From positions 1,641,077 to 1,705,076 of the forward strand of contig AP024675.1 in assembly GCA_025998875.1 (NCBI GenBank): DNA of 64,000 nucleotides. The letters are read 5' to 3'. The first letter of the stretch is position 1; every line of letters begins with the position of its first letter. The DNA is from Bacteroidota bacterium (GTDB taxonomy: Bacteria; Bacteroidota; Rhodothermia; JANXDC01). This document shows positions 19,104 to 29,175 of this stretch, piece after piece. The notes below the pieces were generated by a model that ran no database searches, was not told the origin of the DNA, and saw nothing but the letters and a program-made list of their open reading frames with translations. The position numbers and the translations under genes are program-made.

Positions 19104-20210
19104 TCAGAAGCGCTGCTCTTTCCAGTACACCCGGGGGAAAAGAAGCAGGCTTACGGGTATCCAGAGCAGAAAAGGCAGCATGAAGAGCTCCAGAAGGAGA
19201 GAATACCGCATAAGGCCCCGTAGCTTGAGCCGATACCGGAAATGCCACAGGAGTTGAAAATCGGCTCCGAGCTTCATGCCCCAGGCCAGGGCGGTGGTTC
19301 CGGGACTCCACAGCCATCCCAGCAGGAGCCCCAGATGCAGCAGCCACCCCAGGGTGAGGCTCAGTATCAGGAGCCTGCGCTCCGAAGGCGGGGCCTCTAT
19401 GCCGCCTCTGGCCCAGCGGCGCAGCTGGCGCCACAGATCGCCCAGCGAGCCAACCGGACGGGCGGTAATGACCGTATCGGGGTCGGCAAACCAGCTGATC
19501 TGCCATCCGTGCTTGCGCACAGCGCGCAGGAGGGCGTAGTCTTCCGTCACGCTAAAGGGGATATGTTCATAGCCGCCGGTCTCCCAGTAGGCGGAGCGGC
19601 GCACGGCCAGGTTGTTGCCGATGGCCGTAAAACGCCATCCCCATCCGGCCATCCCGGCGGTAAAGGGGATGAGAAAAGCCCAGATGACGCGTTCCAGCCG
19701 TCCTACGAAGGTTTCCGGCGCGATGACCGTGATCCCGCAGAGCATGCCCGTGCGCTCCTGGGCACAGCTGAGCGCCCCGCGGATCCATCCCGGCGGGGGG
19801 ATGCAATCGGCGTCCGTGAAGAAGAGCCATTCTCCCCGTGCCCGGCGGGCGCCCTGGGCCAGCGCGTTAACCTTGCCCTTCAGGTTGGGCCAGATTTCCG
19901 TAATCCGCAGGTAGTGGATGTGCTCTTCGGCACGGGCCAGTTCCTGGCACAGCTCCGGGGTCCGGTCCGTGGATCGGTCGTCGATGAGCCAGATCTCCAG
20001 TCGGTCCTTCGGATAATCGAGCCGGCGCAGGGCCTCGAGCAGGGGGCCAATGCGTCGTTCCTCGTTGCGCGCCGCGATGAGCACGGAGACCGAGGGTAGA
20101 TCGGTCCGCTGCAAAGGGCCCGATCGAGGAAGGCGATGGAGCCCCAGAGCGATCATCACGAGCGCGGAAAAATACAAAGAGGCCAGTCCGATCAGGATCC
20201 CATCCAGCAT
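19104..20210 (-). CDS. Glycosyltransferase family 2, membrane-bound
   Basis: AARNEE, DDRSTD, FTDAD, TED, QLRRW motifs with flanking TM segments. Confidence 0.88.
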   Translation of the reverse strand: MLDGILIGLASLYFSALVMIALGLHRLPRSGPLQRTDLPSVSVLIAARNEERRIGPLLEALRRLDYPKDRLEIWLIDDRSTDRTPELCQELARAEEHIHYLRITEIWPNLKGKVNALAQGARRARGEWLFFTDADCIPPPGWIRGALSCAQERTGMLCGITVIAPETFVGRLERVIWAFLIPFTAGMAGWGWRFTAIGNNLAVRRSAYWETGGYEHIPFSVTEDYALLRAVRKHGWQISWFADPDTVITARPVGSLGDLWRQLRRWARGGIEAPPSERRLLILSLTLGWLLHLGLLLGWLWSPGTTALAWGMKLGADFQLLWHFRYRLKLRGLMRYSLLLELFMLPFLLWIPVSLLLFPRVYWKEQRF

Positions 20211-20308
20211 AGGGCGTCTATGCTCCGTTCGGGTCCGTAGATCAACATAACGCGGGGGGTGAGTGTAACACAAAGAAACCTCTGGTTGTGCTTCCGAGGA
20301 CGGGAGCG

Positions 20309-20316
20309 TATCTTTG
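20309..20316 (+). promoter_or_regulatory. Bacteroidota-type -7 promoter element of the rpsF operon
   Basis: TATCTTTG about 95 nt upstream of the rpsF start. Confidence 0.55.
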
Positions 20317-20409
20317 CGACCGCTTGTGCGCCCTGCCCTGCTCTTTTCCCGGTAGGGGAAGAGGGCTGTTTGGGGGTATAACCCAGAACAACCAGAGGGA
20401 GACATAGGG

Positions 20410-20775
20410 ATGGACGAACGCGTGCATACCTACGAGGTCATGTTCATTGTCAATCCCCTGCTGGAGGAAAAAGCCCTGCGGGAGGAGATGGACCGGATCA
20501 AAACCTTTCTCCAGGAGAACGGTGCCGAAATCGAAGAGTGGGAAGAGTGGGGGGTTCGGAGGCTGGCCTATCCGATCGAGAAGAAGCGCAGCGGATTTTA
20601 TGTGAACTTTTTCTTCAAAGCCCCCGCCTCGCTGGCTCCCATGCTGGAGAGGCAGTTTCTCCTGACCGAGAACATCATGCGTTTTCTGATCATCAAGCTG
20701 GACGCCAAAGCCCTGCGGCACCGGGAGAAGATCAAGGCCCAGAAGCAGGCGGAGGCCGGCGGAACGGCCATCTGA
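20410..20775 (+). CDS. rpsF: 30S ribosomal protein S6
   Basis: YEVMFIVNP...EEWGVRRLAYPIEKKRSGFY. Confidence 0.95.
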   Translation: MDERVHTYEVMFIVNPLLEEKALREEMDRIKTFLQENGAEIEEWEEWGVRRLAYPIEKKRSGFYVNFFFKAPASLAPMLERQFLLTENIMRFLIIKLDAKALRHREKIKAQKQAEAGGTAI

Positions 20776-20801
20776 GGCAAGCAAAGGAGGAGGCGCGGGT
20801 T

Positions 20802-21281
20802 ATGGCCGAGCTGAAGATGCCCGAGATCAACACGGTTTTGATCGCCGGGAACCTGACCCGGGATCCTGTTTACCGGACGACGAGCAACGGCACGCCTGTG
20901 GTAAATTTCTACATCGCCTCCAATCGTCGCTATCGCGATGGGCAGGGTCAGTGGCAGGAGGATGTCTGCTACGTCGGTGTAGTGGCCTGGAATCGCCTGG
21001 CCGAGGACTGCCGCAACAACCTGCGCAAGGGCAGCGCTGTGCTCGTGGACGGAGAATTGCAGAGCCGTACCCTGCGTCTGGAGGACGGCTCCCTGCGCAC
21101 GATCGTGGAGATCAAGGCGCATCGGATCCAGTTTCTCAATAAGGTGCGATCGGCAAACGGTCGATCCACTTCCCCGGCGCCTAACGTGGATGAGATGCGC
21201 GAGGAGAGTTCCTTCGAAGAACGCCTTGAGGACGAATTCCCCCCGCTGCGGGCTGACGGGGAAGAAGGGGTAAACGTATAA
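20802..21281 (+). CDS. ssb: Single-stranded DNA-binding protein
   Basis: NTVLIAGNLTRDP...VVAWNRLAE...LRKGSAVLVDGEL OB-fold. AGGAGG RBS; rpsF-ssb-rpsR synteny. Confidence 0.9.
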   Translation: MAELKMPEINTVLIAGNLTRDPVYRTTSNGTPVVNFYIASNRRYRDGQGQWQEDVCYVGVVAWNRLAEDCRNNLRKGSAVLVDGELQSRTLRLEDGSLRTIVEIKAHRIQFLNKVRSANGRSTSPAPNVDEMREESSFEERLEDEFPPLRADGEEGVNV

Positions 21282-21299
21282 GAAGAAGGCGAAACCGCG

Positions 21300-21533
21300 A
21301 TGGCTAGTCGGAAACCAAAGCGCATTCGTACATGCAAGTTCTGTGAGATGAACCTGGAGTACATCGATTATCGGGATGTGAAGCTGCTCCAGCGTTTCAT
21401 CAATGAGCAGGGCAAGATCATTCCGCGTCGGATTACGGGCACCTGCGCGCTGCATCAGCGCAAGCTGGCTTGCGCTATCAAGCGCGCCCGGCATATGGCC
21501 CTTTTGCCCTTCGTAGCCGAAGTGCTCAAGTAA
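21300..21533 (+). CDS. rpsR: 30S ribosomal protein S18 (Zn-motif form)
   Basis: CKFC...[40 protein letters not shown]. Confidence 0.96.
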   Translation: MASRKPKRIRTCKFCEMNLEYIDYRDVKLLQRFINEQGKIIPRRITGTCALHQRKLACAIKRARHMALLPFVAEVLK

Positions 21534-21546
21534 GGAAGCTCGGGCT

Positions 21547-22014
21547 ATGGGATTGATGCGAGTTATCCTGACGCAGGACGTCGAAAAGCTGGGTAAGGCC
21601 GGAGATGTGGTTCGGGTCCGGGGTGGGTATGGACGCAACTACCTCATTCCGCGGGGGCTGGCCCTCGTGGCCACGCCGGGCAACCTGAAGCGCGCCGAGG
21701 AGATTCGCCGGCGTCAGCTCCAGCGCGAGGCCCGCAACCGGCAGGAGGCTATGGAGCTGGCCGCCCGCCTGGCCGACGTGGTTGTCACCATCCCGGCTAG
21801 GGTTGGCGAAGAGAACCGCATTTTTGGCACGGTCACCAATCAGCAGCTCGCCGAGGCGCTGGCCGAAAAGGGCTTTCAGATCGATCGGCGCAAGATCGAG
21901 CTCCCCGACGAGATTCGCACCCTCGGCCAGTACCAGGCCACCATTCGGCTCTATCAGGACATCACGGCCACCGTTACGGTCTGGGTGGTGCGCGCCGGAG
22001 AAGAAGAGGGCTGA
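21547..22014 (+). CDS. rplI: 50S ribosomal protein L9
   Basis: MRVILTQDVEKLGKAGDVVRVRGGYGRNYLIPRGLA. Start could be 21556. Confidence 0.95.
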   Translation: MGLMRVILTQDVEKLGKAGDVVRVRGGYGRNYLIPRGLALVATPGNLKRAEEIRRRQLQREARNRQEAMELAARLADVVVTIPARVGEENRIFGTVTNQQLAEALAEKGFQIDRRKIELPDEIRTLGQYQATIRLYQDITATVTVWVVRAGEEEG

Positions 22015-22069
22015 AACCAAACCCGCCGGCCAGGGGTTTACCTGCTGACGTAGCAGGCGGGATGGTCGG

Positions 22070-24559
22070 GTGATGCGAATTATGCGGCCATATCGGCGGG
22101 GGATGCGCGCAAGGGGAGCCGCATCCCTTTTTCTGTTCTTGTGGGTCGGTCTGCTCTCTTCTCCGGCGTGGGCGCAGCTCTCGGAGGCTCCCCGGCCGGT
22201 AGCCTGGAGGCTCACGCTGGAGCCGGCTCGAGCCCGTCCGGGAGAGGCGGTGCAGGCGGTGGTAGTGGCTCGTATTGCAGAACCCTGGCATCTATACAGC
22301 ATGCATCTGCCTGCGGGTGGGCCGGTGCCGACGAGTTTTGCTCTGGAAGGCGGGGTGGCCGAGCTGGCCGGGCCCGTGATAGAGCCCGAGCCGAAGCGCG
22401 TCTACGATCCTAACTTCAAAATGGAGGTGGGCTGGCATACCGGAACGGTGACGTTCCGGTTGCCGCTTCGACTGCGTCCGGGTCTGGGGCCGGGTCCCCA
22501 GCCCATTCGGGTACGGGTGCGCTACATGCTCTGTAGCGATCGGATGTGCCTGCCTCCGAGTACGGAAGTGCTGGAGGGGAGGATCCTCCTCGAACCCGCC
22601 GCGGTGGTCCCCTCTGAGCAGGAAGCGGGCCCCTCCTCGCCTCTTGGCTCTGCACAGCCAGAAGAGCCCCTCTACGGATCGCTGGCCCGGGTGCGCTGGG
22701 AGGCCCGGTTGGAGCCCGAAGCGCTTCGTCCAGGGCAGGAGGCTCGCCTGCTTCTGCAGGGGCGCATCGATCCGGGGTGGCATCTGTACGCCATAAGCAG
22801 TCCCCCGGGGGCGGGCCTGCCTCTGGAGATTACGCTTCCGGCCGCCTATCGGTTGCTGGGGACCTGGGAGGAGCAGGATCCCGTTGAGGCCTATGATCCG
22901 AATTTTCAGACGCAGGTGCGTTTCTTCAAAGATCAGGCCCGTATTGCGGGGCGGATCCAGATCCCCGAAGATCTCCAGGAGGGGGAGCAGACCCTCGTAG
23001 TGGGGCTGCGGTTTATGGTCTGCAACGAGCAGATGTGCCTGCCGCCGGCGCAGACGAGCCTTTCGGTTTCCTTCCGGGTTGTGGGGCCTCCTGTGGAGCG
23101 AGCCGAGGAGGCCGGGGTGTTTACTGCCGGGGCATCCACGGCTAACCCGCTGGGGGTGGGCTTCTGGGCGTTTCTCTGGCTGGCCGTGCTGGCCGGCATA
23201 GCGGCGCTGCTTACCCCGTGTGTCTTCCCGATGATCCCGCTCACGGTGAGCTTTTTCGCCAAACAGAGCGAGGGCAATCGTAGGCGGGCGGTGCGCATGG
23301 CCCTGGAGTACGGGCTGGCGATCGTGGTCACGTTCACCGGTCTGGGCGTGCTTATGGCCCTTCTGCTGGGTGCGGCTGGGGCCGCTCGTGTGGCCACAAA
23401 TCCGTGGGTAAATCTGTTCATCGGGCTGGTTTTTGTGGTTTTCGGGCTGAGCCTGCTGGGGCTCTACGAGTTCCAGGCGCCGGCTCGTCTGCTCAACGCG
23501 GTCAACCGCATCGGATCCACGCGCACGGACTGGGTGGGTATCTGGTTCATGGGGCTGACGCTCACGCTCGTCTCCTTCAGCTGTACGGTTCCGTTTGTGG
23601 GCGCGCTCCTGGCGGCTACGGCCCTCGGGGAGTGGTTCTGGCCCATCGTGGGGATGCTCGCCTTCAGCCTTACCTTTGCCGCCCCGTTTGTGCTGTTCGC
23701 CCTTTTCCCCCGGATCCTGCAGCGACTTCCCCGAAGCGGGCAGTGGATGAACACGCTCAAGGTGGTGCTGGGCTTTGTGGAGCTGGCGGCGGCGATCAAG
23801 TTTCTCTCCAACGCCGATCTGGTCTGGGGATGGGGGATGATCCCTCGCCCGCTGGCCATTGCGCTCTGGATTGCGCTCTTCAGCGCCGCGGGACTGTACC
23901 TGCTGGGCAAAATCCGCCTGCCGCACGAAGAGCCCCTGGAGCATATCGGACCTGTGCGCTTGCTCTTCGGGGTGGGCTTTTTCGCCCTGGCGCTCTATCT
24001 TATGCCCGGTCTCCTGGGGGCCCCGCTGGGCCGACTGGATGCCTGGTTGCCGCCGCGGCAGGGAACGGACGTGAGCCTGCTAAGCGCGCTACAGGCGGCC
24101 TCGGGAGGGGGACAGCGGGCCGGAGATGCCGGGCTGGATCCCTTTAGCTGGCACCATGAGCTGGATCCGGCTATCGCAGAGGCTCGGCGTACGGGCAAGC
24201 CCATTCTGATCGATTTTACGGGCTATACCTGTACGAACTGCCGGGATATGGAGGCCAACGTTTTCCCCCGGCCCCCGGTGGCCGAACGTCTGGGGCGCGA
24301 TTTCGTGCTTGTGCGCCTGTATACAGACGATATGACGCGGGGTCCGGAGTGGCAGCGCCTGCAGTTTGCCCTTACCGGCACGGTGGCTCTGCCCACGTAT
24401 GTCATCATGACCGCGGATCGCCGCGTGCTGGCCGTGCACAGCGGTATGGCTTCCGTAGAAGAATTTGTCGCTTTCCTGGACCGGGGACTGAGCATGGCCC
24501 GCCAGATGGCCTCTGGAAGGGATGAGGGGGCAACAAAACCCGCCGTATGGCGGTTTTAA
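22070..24559 (+). CDS. dsbD: Protein-disulfide reductase DsbD with two N-terminal domains
   Basis: Two WHLY...DPNF...CxxxxCLPP domains, TM domain with TPCVFPMIP and FSCT, C-terminal thioredoxin DFTGYTCTNC. Start uncertain (22070-22103). Confidence 0.88.
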   Translation: MMRIMRPYRRGMRARGAASLFLFLWVGLLSSPAWAQLSEAPRPVAWRLTLEPARARPGEAVQAVVVARIAEPWHLYSMHLPAGGPVPTSFALEGGVAELAGPVIEPEPKRVYDPNFKMEVGWHTGTVTFRLPLRLRPGLGPGPQPIRVRVRYMLCSDRMCLPPSTEVLEGRILLEPAAVVPSEQEAGPSSPLGSAQPEEPLYGSLARVRWEARLEPEALRPGQEARLLLQGRIDPGWHLYAISSPPGAGLPLEITLPAAYRLLGTWEEQDPVEAYDPNFQTQVRFFKDQARIAGRIQIPEDLQEGEQTLVVGLRFMVCNEQMCLPPAQTSLSVSFRVVGPPVERAEEAGVFTAGASTANPLGVGFWAFLWLAVLAGIAALLTPCVFPMIPLTVSFFAKQSEGNRRRAVRMALEYGLAIVVTFTGLGVLMALLLGAAGAARVATNPWVNLFIGLVFVVFGLSLLGLYEFQAPARLLNAVNRIGSTRTDWVGIWFMGLTLTLVSFSCTVPFVGALLAATALGEWFWPIVGMLAFSLTFAAPFVLFALFPRILQRLPRSGQWMNTLKVVLGFVELAAAIKFLSNADLVWGWGMIPRPLAIALWIALFSAAGLYLLGKIRLPHEEPLEHIGPVRLLFGVGFFALALYLMPGLLGAPLGRLDAWLPPRQGTDVSLLSALQAASGGGQRAGDAGLDPFSWHHELDPAIAEARRTGKPILIDFTGYTCTNCRDMEANVFPRPPVAERLGRDFVLVRLYTDDMTRGPEWQRLQFALTGTVALPTYVIMTADRRVLAVHSGMASVEEFVAFLDRGLSMARQMASGRDEGATKPAVWRF
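24535..24557 (+). terminator. Terminator-like hairpin at the dsbD 3' end
   Basis: AAAACCCGCC-GTAT-GGCGGTTTT; overlaps the last codons of dsbD. Confidence 0.4.
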
Positions 24560-24593
24560 AGTAACGGCTCAACAGGCACACGGACAGAACACT

Positions 24594-26468
24594 ATGGCGA
24601 GATCCGATGTACGCATCGTAGAGCTACCCGAAGTCACCGTGCGTATTGCCGGTGATTCCGGCGATGGCATGCAGCTTACCGGCAGTCAGTTTACCTCGGT
24701 GACCGCGCTGGTGGGCAACGATCTATCCACCCTGCCGGATTTTCCGGCCGAGATCCGGGCGCCGGCCGGAACGACCTACGGGGTATCGGCCTTTCAGATC
24801 CGGTTTGCCAGCTCCGATATCCTCACGCCCGGCGATGAGTGCGATGCCCTGGTGGCGATGAACCCGGCCGCGCTGAAGACGAACATCGCCCGGCTGCGTA
24901 AGGGAGGCATTTTGATCGTCAACGAGGACGCCTTCACGGAGCGCGACCTGCAGTTGGCCGGATATACGGGCAATCCCCTCGAGGACGGGAGTCTTTCGGA
25001 ATATGAGCTCTACCGGGTGCCCATCACCCGGCTCACCCAGGAGGCGCTTGCGGAGCTCAAGCTTCCCTTCAAGGTCGTGGAGCGCTCCAAAAACATGTTT
25101 GCCCTGGGCCTGTTGCTCTGGCTCTATGATCGGCCCATGGATTACACGATCCGGTGGCTTGAGCAGCGCTTCGCCAAGCAGCCGGATATCTTGGAGGCGA
25201 ACCTGCGTGCCCTGCGCGCTGGATATCACTATGGGGACACGGTGGAGGCCTTCAGCACCCGGTACCGCGTAGCGCCGGCCAAGCTGCCACCGGGTACATA
25301 CCGGAACATCACAGGCAACCAGGCCACGGCGCTGGGGCTGATCGCCGCCTCTCAGCGGGCCGGTTTGGAGCTCTTCTACGGCAGCTATCCCATCACGCCC
25401 GCCTCCGATGTGCTGCATGAGCTGGCCAAGTACAAGCATTTTCGCGTCTTCACCTTCCAGGCCGAGGACGAAATCGCCGCGGTCACGGCCGTGATCGGGG
25501 CCGCCTACGGGGGGAAGCTCGCCGTCACGGGCACCTCGGGTCCGGGGTTGGCGCTCAAAACCGAGGCCATCGGGCTGGGCGTGATGCTCGAGCTCCCGTT
25601 GGTGATCCTGGATATCCAGCGCGCCGGTCCCTCCACAGGCATGCCCACGAAAACCGAACAGGCCGATTTGCTCCAGGCCATGTTCGGCCGTAACGGAGAA
25701 GCGCCCGTGCCCATCGTAGCCCCGGCTACGCCGGGAGAGTGTTTCTGGATGGTGCTGGAGGCCTGTCGGATTGCGCTCAAGTACATGACCCCGGTTTTCT
25801 TCCTCTCCGACGGCTATCTGGCCAATGGTTCTGAACCCTGGCGCATTCCGGAGCCAGAAGAGCTTCCCGATCTGCGCGTGCGCTTTGCCACTGAGCCCAA
25901 CGCCAACGGGCGATTCCTGCCCTACAAGCGGGATCCGGACACGCTGGCCCGTCCCTGGGCCCTGCCCGGCACCCCGGGCCTCATGCACCGGATCGGGGGA
26001 CTGGAGAAGCAGCACGAGACGGGCAACGTCTCCTATGATCCGGACAACCACGATTTCATGGTCCGGCTCCGGGCTGAAAAGATCCAGCGCATCGCCGAGG
26101 ATATCCCTCCGGCGGAGCTGGAGGGAGATCCCGAGGCCCGGCTGCTCGTCGTGGGCTGGGGATCCACCTACGGGGCGATCAAGACAGCGGTGCAGCGGCT
26201 CCGCCAGAAGGGCTACAAGGTGGCGCAGGTGCATCTGCGCTATCTCAACCCCTTCCCCAAAAACCTGGGGGAGATCCTCACCCGCTTCGAGCGCATTCTG
26301 GTGCCGGAGATCAACCTGGGGCAACTCGTTCGTCTGCTCCGGGATCGGTATCTTGTGCCGGCCGAAGGCTACAACCGGGTACGCGGATTGCCTTTCACCG
26401 CTGCGGAGCTGGAGGCCAGAATGCAGGACATCCTCACAGAGGGCAACGGACATCCGGAAGGAAACTGA
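24594..26468 (+). CDS. korA: 2-oxoacid:ferredoxin oxidoreductase, alpha subunit
   Basis: AGDSGDGMQLTG, GSYPITPAS, QAEDEIA, SGPGLALKTE, QRAGPSTGMPTK. Confidence 0.9.
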   Translation: MARSDVRIVELPEVTVRIAGDSGDGMQLTGSQFTSVTALVGNDLSTLPDFPAEIRAPAGTTYGVSAFQIRFASSDILTPGDECDALVAMNPAALKTNIARLRKGGILIVNEDAFTERDLQLAGYTGNPLEDGSLSEYELYRVPITRLTQEALAELKLPFKVVERSKNMFALGLLLWLYDRPMDYTIRWLEQRFAKQPDILEANLRALRAGYHYGDTVEAFSTRYRVAPAKLPPGTYRNITGNQATALGLIAASQRAGLELFYGSYPITPASDVLHELAKYKHFRVFTFQAEDEIAAVTAVIGAAYGGKLAVTGTSGPGLALKTEAIGLGVMLELPLVILDIQRAGPSTGMPTKTEQADLLQAMFGRNGEAPVPIVAPATPGECFWMVLEACRIALKYMTPVFFLSDGYLANGSEPWRIPEPEELPDLRVRFATEPNANGRFLPYKRDPDTLARPWALPGTPGLMHRIGGLEKQHETGNVSYDPDNHDFMVRLRAEKIQRIAEDIPPAELEGDPEARLLVVGWGSTYGAIKTAVQRLRQKGYKVAQVHLRYLNPFPKNLGEILTRFERILVPEINLGQLVRLLRDRYLVPAEGYNRVRGLPFTAAELEARMQDILTEGNGHPEGN

Positions 26469-26471
26469 GCT

Positions 26472-27587
<1,116 letters not shown>

Positions 27588-27631
27588 CCGTTTCGAGAGG
27601 GGGAGCGCTCTTCTGCTCCCCGGGAGGGGAT

Positions 27632-28216
27632 ATGGCGATTTTGCCCATTTACGCATATGGCCATCCGATCCTGCGCGCGCCGGCTCGCCCCGTAGAAGGG
27701 GATAGTCCGGAGCTGCAGCAGCTCATCGAGGACATGCTCGAGACCATGTATCAGGCCGCGGGCATCGGATTGGCCGCTCCTCAGGTGGGCCACAGCCTGC
27801 GTCTGTTTGTGGCCGATCTGGCCCAGCCCTCCGGGGGGGAAGGGCATCGCGGACGGCCCGGAAAGCCCGAGGTGTTCATCAACCCAGAGATCCTCGCCGT
27901 CTCCGATGTGGAGGTGGAATACGAAGAGGGCTGTCTGAGCATACCCGAGGTACGGGAGCGCATCTGGCGGCCGGAGGTGATCCGGGTCCGCTATCAGGAC
28001 CGGGATTTTCGCTGGCACGAAGAGGAGATGGGTGGGCTGCGGGCGCGCGTTTTCCAGCATGAATACGACCATCTGGAGGGGATACTGCTCATCGACCGCA
28101 TCAGCGCTTTTCGGCGTCGTCTGCTGCGTCGCAAATTGGAGGACATTGCTCAGGGCCGCGTGCAGGTCGATTACCTGCTGGCCATTGCCTCACCGGCTCC
28201 TCAGGTGGTGCGCTAA
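27632..28216 (+). CDS. def: Peptide deformylase
   Basis: GIGLAAPQVG, EGCLS, QHEYDHLEG. Confidence 0.96.
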   Translation: MAILPIYAYGHPILRAPARPVEGDSPELQQLIEDMLETMYQAAGIGLAAPQVGHSLRLFVADLAQPSGGEGHRGRPGKPEVFINPEILAVSDVEVEYEEGCLSIPEVRERIWRPEVIRVRYQDRDFRWHEEEMGGLRARVFQHEYDHLEGILLIDRISAFRRRLLRRKLEDIAQGRVQVDYLLAIASPAPQVVR

Positions 28217-29140
28217 ATGGGCCTGCGCATCGTCTTTATGGGGACGCCCCAGTTCGCTGTCCCCAGCCTGGAAGCTTTGCTCCGCTCCGGACACGATGTG
28301 GTGGGTGTGGTCACAGGGCCGGATAAGCCCCGGGGGCGAGGTCTAAGGCCGCAGCCCACCCCGGTCAAGGTTGCTGCCTTGAAGGCCGGCAAGCCCATAC
28401 GAGAGCCGGCCTCCCTCCGGGATTCGGATTTTCTGGAGACGCTCCGGGCCTGGAGACCGGATGTGATCGTTGTGGTCGCCTTTCGCATCTTGCCCCCCGA
28501 GGTGTTTCGTCTCCCTCCGTACGGGAGTATCAACCTGCACGCCTCGCTATTGCCCCGCTATCGGGGGCCGGCTCCCATTCACTGGGCCATTATCCGGGGG
28601 GAGCAGGAGACGGGCGTGACCACGTTTCTCCTGGAAGAAACGGTGGATACGGGGATGATCCTCGTGCAGAAACGCTGTCCGATCGGGCCGGAGGAGACCG
28701 CCGGCGAGCTGCATGATCGGCTTATGTATCTGGGGGCCGAGGCCGTGCTGGAGACCGTCGAGGGGCTCCAGGGGGGCTGGCTCGTCCCCAAGCCGCAGAA
28801 TCCCGCAGAGGCCAGTTATGCCCCTAAGGTGGATCGGGACATGGCCCGCATACCCTGGCATGAGCCCGCCTCCGTGGTGCACAACTGGATCCGGGGCCTT
28901 TCCCCGTATCCAGGGGCCTGGACCTCCCACAACGGGGAGGTGCTGACTTTCTACCGGTCCCGGCCTGTAGAGGGCGATGGTCGGCCCGGGGAAGTGCTGC
29001 GGGCAGATCGATGTCTGGTCGTGGCTTGCGCACAGGGGGCGGTGGAAATTCTGGAACTGCAACGACCCAATCGGAAACGGCTCCCAGCTGAGGCTTTCCT
29101 GCGCGGCTATCGGATACAGCCCGGGACCATACTGGGCTAG
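28217..29140 (+). CDS. fmt: Methionyl-tRNA formyltransferase
   Basis: IVFMGTPQFA, NLHASLLPRYRGPAPI; adjacent to def. Confidence 0.96.
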   Translation: MGLRIVFMGTPQFAVPSLEALLRSGHDVVGVVTGPDKPRGRGLRPQPTPVKVAALKAGKPIREPASLRDSDFLETLRAWRPDVIVVVAFRILPPEVFRLPPYGSINLHASLLPRYRGPAPIHWAIIRGEQETGVTTFLLEETVDTGMILVQKRCPIGPEETAGELHDRLMYLGAEAVLETVEGLQGGWLVPKPQNPAEASYAPKVDRDMARIPWHEPASVVHNWIRGLSPYPGAWTSHNGEVLTFYRSRPVEGDGRPGEVLRADRCLVVACAQGAVEILELQRPNRKRLPAEAFLRGYRIQPGTILG

Positions 29141-29175
29141 CCGGTACGGGAATTGCCCATCGGACACGCAGCGTC

